The notes under the pieces: model-generated
Databases searched by the model: none
What the model was told of the DNA's origin: nothing
The model's input: only the letters and a program-made list of their open reading frames with translations
NCBI RefSeq assembly: GCF_006345805.1
Contig: NC_043005.1
Span: forward strand, 55,862,001 to 55,926,000
DNA from: Octopus sinensis
Taxonomy: Eukaryota
DNA length: 64,000 nt
Direction: 5' to 3'
In this document: positions 61,892-64,000 of the stretch, piece after piece
How positions within the stretch are numbered: the first letter of the stretch is position 1
Layout: the number at the start of each line of letters is the position of its first letter
Translations under genes and position numbers: made by a program

Positions 61892-63160
61892 TTGTGTAAT
61901 CAAATAAATAATGCATATTTTATACTTCTTTTATTTTTCAAAATTAAGATAAACAAAATTTTTTAAAATTTAAAATATACTCTCCTTCATTTTCTACAGT
62001 ACTCTGCCATCTATCTGGTAGACTTGCAAGACCCTACTTCCAAAATTCACTTGTCTATGACGAAAAACACTCCTCCTGTGTTGTTCTCACCTTAGCTACA
62101 GAATTCATATTTTTCTATCCAAATGATTTTGAAAGCTGCTGAATAAATGATAATGAGATGGGGCAATCTCCTGTGAATATGGTGAATGGGGCATCGTTTC
62201 CCATTCAAACTGCTCCACCCTTTGGAATGTCATCCTCACTGTATGTGACTGAGTATTATCCTGTTGGAAGAACACCTTTCATCTTGAAACCAAAGATGGT
62301 CATTTTTCTTCAAACACTGATTTGAGCTGCTGAAGCTGCTCACAGCAGATCTCCTTTGTTATTTTGATTAGGGTTTAAATGTTCAAAGTGGACTAAACCT
62401 TTCATATCCCACCAAACAGATAACAATACCTTTTCATGGGTGAAAACCTTTAGCCTGGGGTGCCAATGTTTCTCCTTTCCCGCCCCACTGTCGCAGCACT
62501 TGACATTTTTATAGAGAACCCATTTCTCACAACCAGTCACTATTCCATCCAAAAAGGGTTCACTTGTGTGACATGACAGCAAAGAAGAGCGCACATTCCC
62601 TCTCTACATGCGATTAGACTTGGAAGATTTGTGAGAAACCCATTGACCCAATTTGCTGACTTTTTCAATGGCACGCAGGTGTCAATGAATGGTTGAATGA
62701 CCAAATCTGCTGGTTCCTCAACAGCTACAATGGGATTTTGTTTCACCAGGGTTTACAGTACACCCTCATCAAGCTCTACAGATAATCCAGGATGAAACTC
62801 ATCTTCTAGGCTGTAGTTTCCAGCTCAAAATTTCTTGAACCACTTTTGACACTGGCTTATATTTATTGTCCAATCCCCATATACTGCAATAATATTCTGT
62901 GCACTTTTCATTGCATTGTTGCCTTTATTGAACTCATGTAAAAAAATGTGCTGAATTAGCTCCTTTGCCACTTCCATTATAGCTTTGAAAAAATAGCGGT
63001 TAAAATCGAACTGCACTCTTTGAAACTTGCACTAAGAATAAGCACAAGGTAAAATTACTACCTGCTTTTACAGCAGGTTGATGCAGGTACTTTATCCCAT
63101 CCCCTTCTAACTTTCAGCTCATGTAATTGAAAAAACTGCATTATTTATGGGATGACCCAA
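61892..63160 (-). mobile_element. Mariner (DD34D-type) element, full length, inactive
   Basis: TA|TTGTGTAATCAAATAAATAATGCA and reverse-complement TA|TTGGGTCATCCCATAAATAATGCA TIRs, 1269 bp. MEVAKE..YGD..QCQKWFKKF, IVTGCEKW, VWWDMKG, QDNTQSH, PYSQEIAPSHYHLF. Confidence 0.88.
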
Positions 63161-63849
63161 TATATATATTTATATATATATTGATCAGGTTTCTGTATAG
63201 TACCTGTCTGCCAAATTCACCTACAAGGCATTTGTTGATCCAAGGTTATATATAATAGAAGACAGTTGCCCAAAGTGTCACATAGGAGAACTGAACCTGA
63301 AACCACATGGTTGTAAACTTCAGTCCATGCAACTACCTTTAGTCCATGCAACTGCTTTCAGTCTTGACCACTATCTTTAGCCCTGACTATTTTTTTCTGC
63401 TTCATGTTGAATTGCCATCTTCAACCCAGAACTGTACAATTGTCCCTGAACACTACCTTTATGCATGACTCAGTTTCTACCCACCCAATTCAGTCTAGTT
63501 ACAGAAACAAAATTGTCAAGTATACAAGGTGTGGAACTACCAATTCATTCAGCTCTTGAGTTCCTTTTAACTGCAGGAAATCAGTTGCATCATTGGGAAA
63601 TCACAATTCGGCTATGTCAGTTTTTCTATCTATGGTGAACATACACCAGAACTTCTGGAGAATTTTATTGTGATAGACTGTTCTCTTAACCTGAGAAGAT
63701 GCATCTTACATCGAATTAAGGTTATAAAACTAAAGCCATCAATGCTATAGCTCCTCCAGAGATCTTGGGGGTGAGACCAATAACAATTGCTGCTTGTCTT
63801 TTTCAATTTGTTTCGTGTTTCATTTTTAAGTACAGGAAGGCACAACAAA

Positions 63850-64000
63850 GTGCAAATGTATTGAGAGAAAAGTTGGGCATAAGAGGAATCAAATGTAGCA
63901 TTGAAGAGAGAGGCTACGTTGGTTTAGACATGTGATTTGAACATACGAATGAGGACAGCTGCATAAAGAAGTGCCGGTCACTGAAAGTGGATGGTACCTG
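63850..64000 (+). pseudogene. RTE RT C-terminal fragment running off the window
   Basis: LREKLGIRGIKCSIEER.LRWFRHV..NEDSCIKKCRSLKVDGT. Confidence 0.8.

Overview
AT-rich eukaryotic (animal) DNA made almost entirely of interspersed repeats and microsatellites. I found no host protein-coding exon, so this is probably a large intron or intergenic DNA. The SINE families resemble those I recall from coleoid cephalopods (Octopus-like); that assignment is inference from memory, not a search result. Contents: at least four tRNA-headed SINE families (labelled A, B, C, H here); many RTE-type LINE 3' ends with (GAT)n tails; a 5'-truncated CR1-type LINE; an R4/Dong-like RLE element in (TAA)n; a Penelope-like element (GIY-YIG remnant between inverted pseudo-LTRs); two near-full-length DD34D mariners; DD37D (maT) and irritans-like mariner fragments; a 3.3 kb hAT (Buster/Charlie-type) element; hAT and piggyBac MITEs; and a 5S rRNA pseudogene abutting a SINE. 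The most striking signal is a set of nine type I hammerhead ribozyme (HHR) motifs from about five unrelated sequence families, mostly sitting at (TA)n tracts. Most are minimal, dimer-type HHRs with a palindromic stem III and show compensatory stem changes between copies. One lies downstream of a tRNA-like Pol III promoter inside the Penelope pseudo-LTR. One apparently monomer-competent HHR lies inside a perfect 64-bp inverted repeat. A 0.65 kb duplication shows a long-read error profile and may be an assembly artefact. All structures and coordinates were derived by eye; repeat boundaries are approximate.
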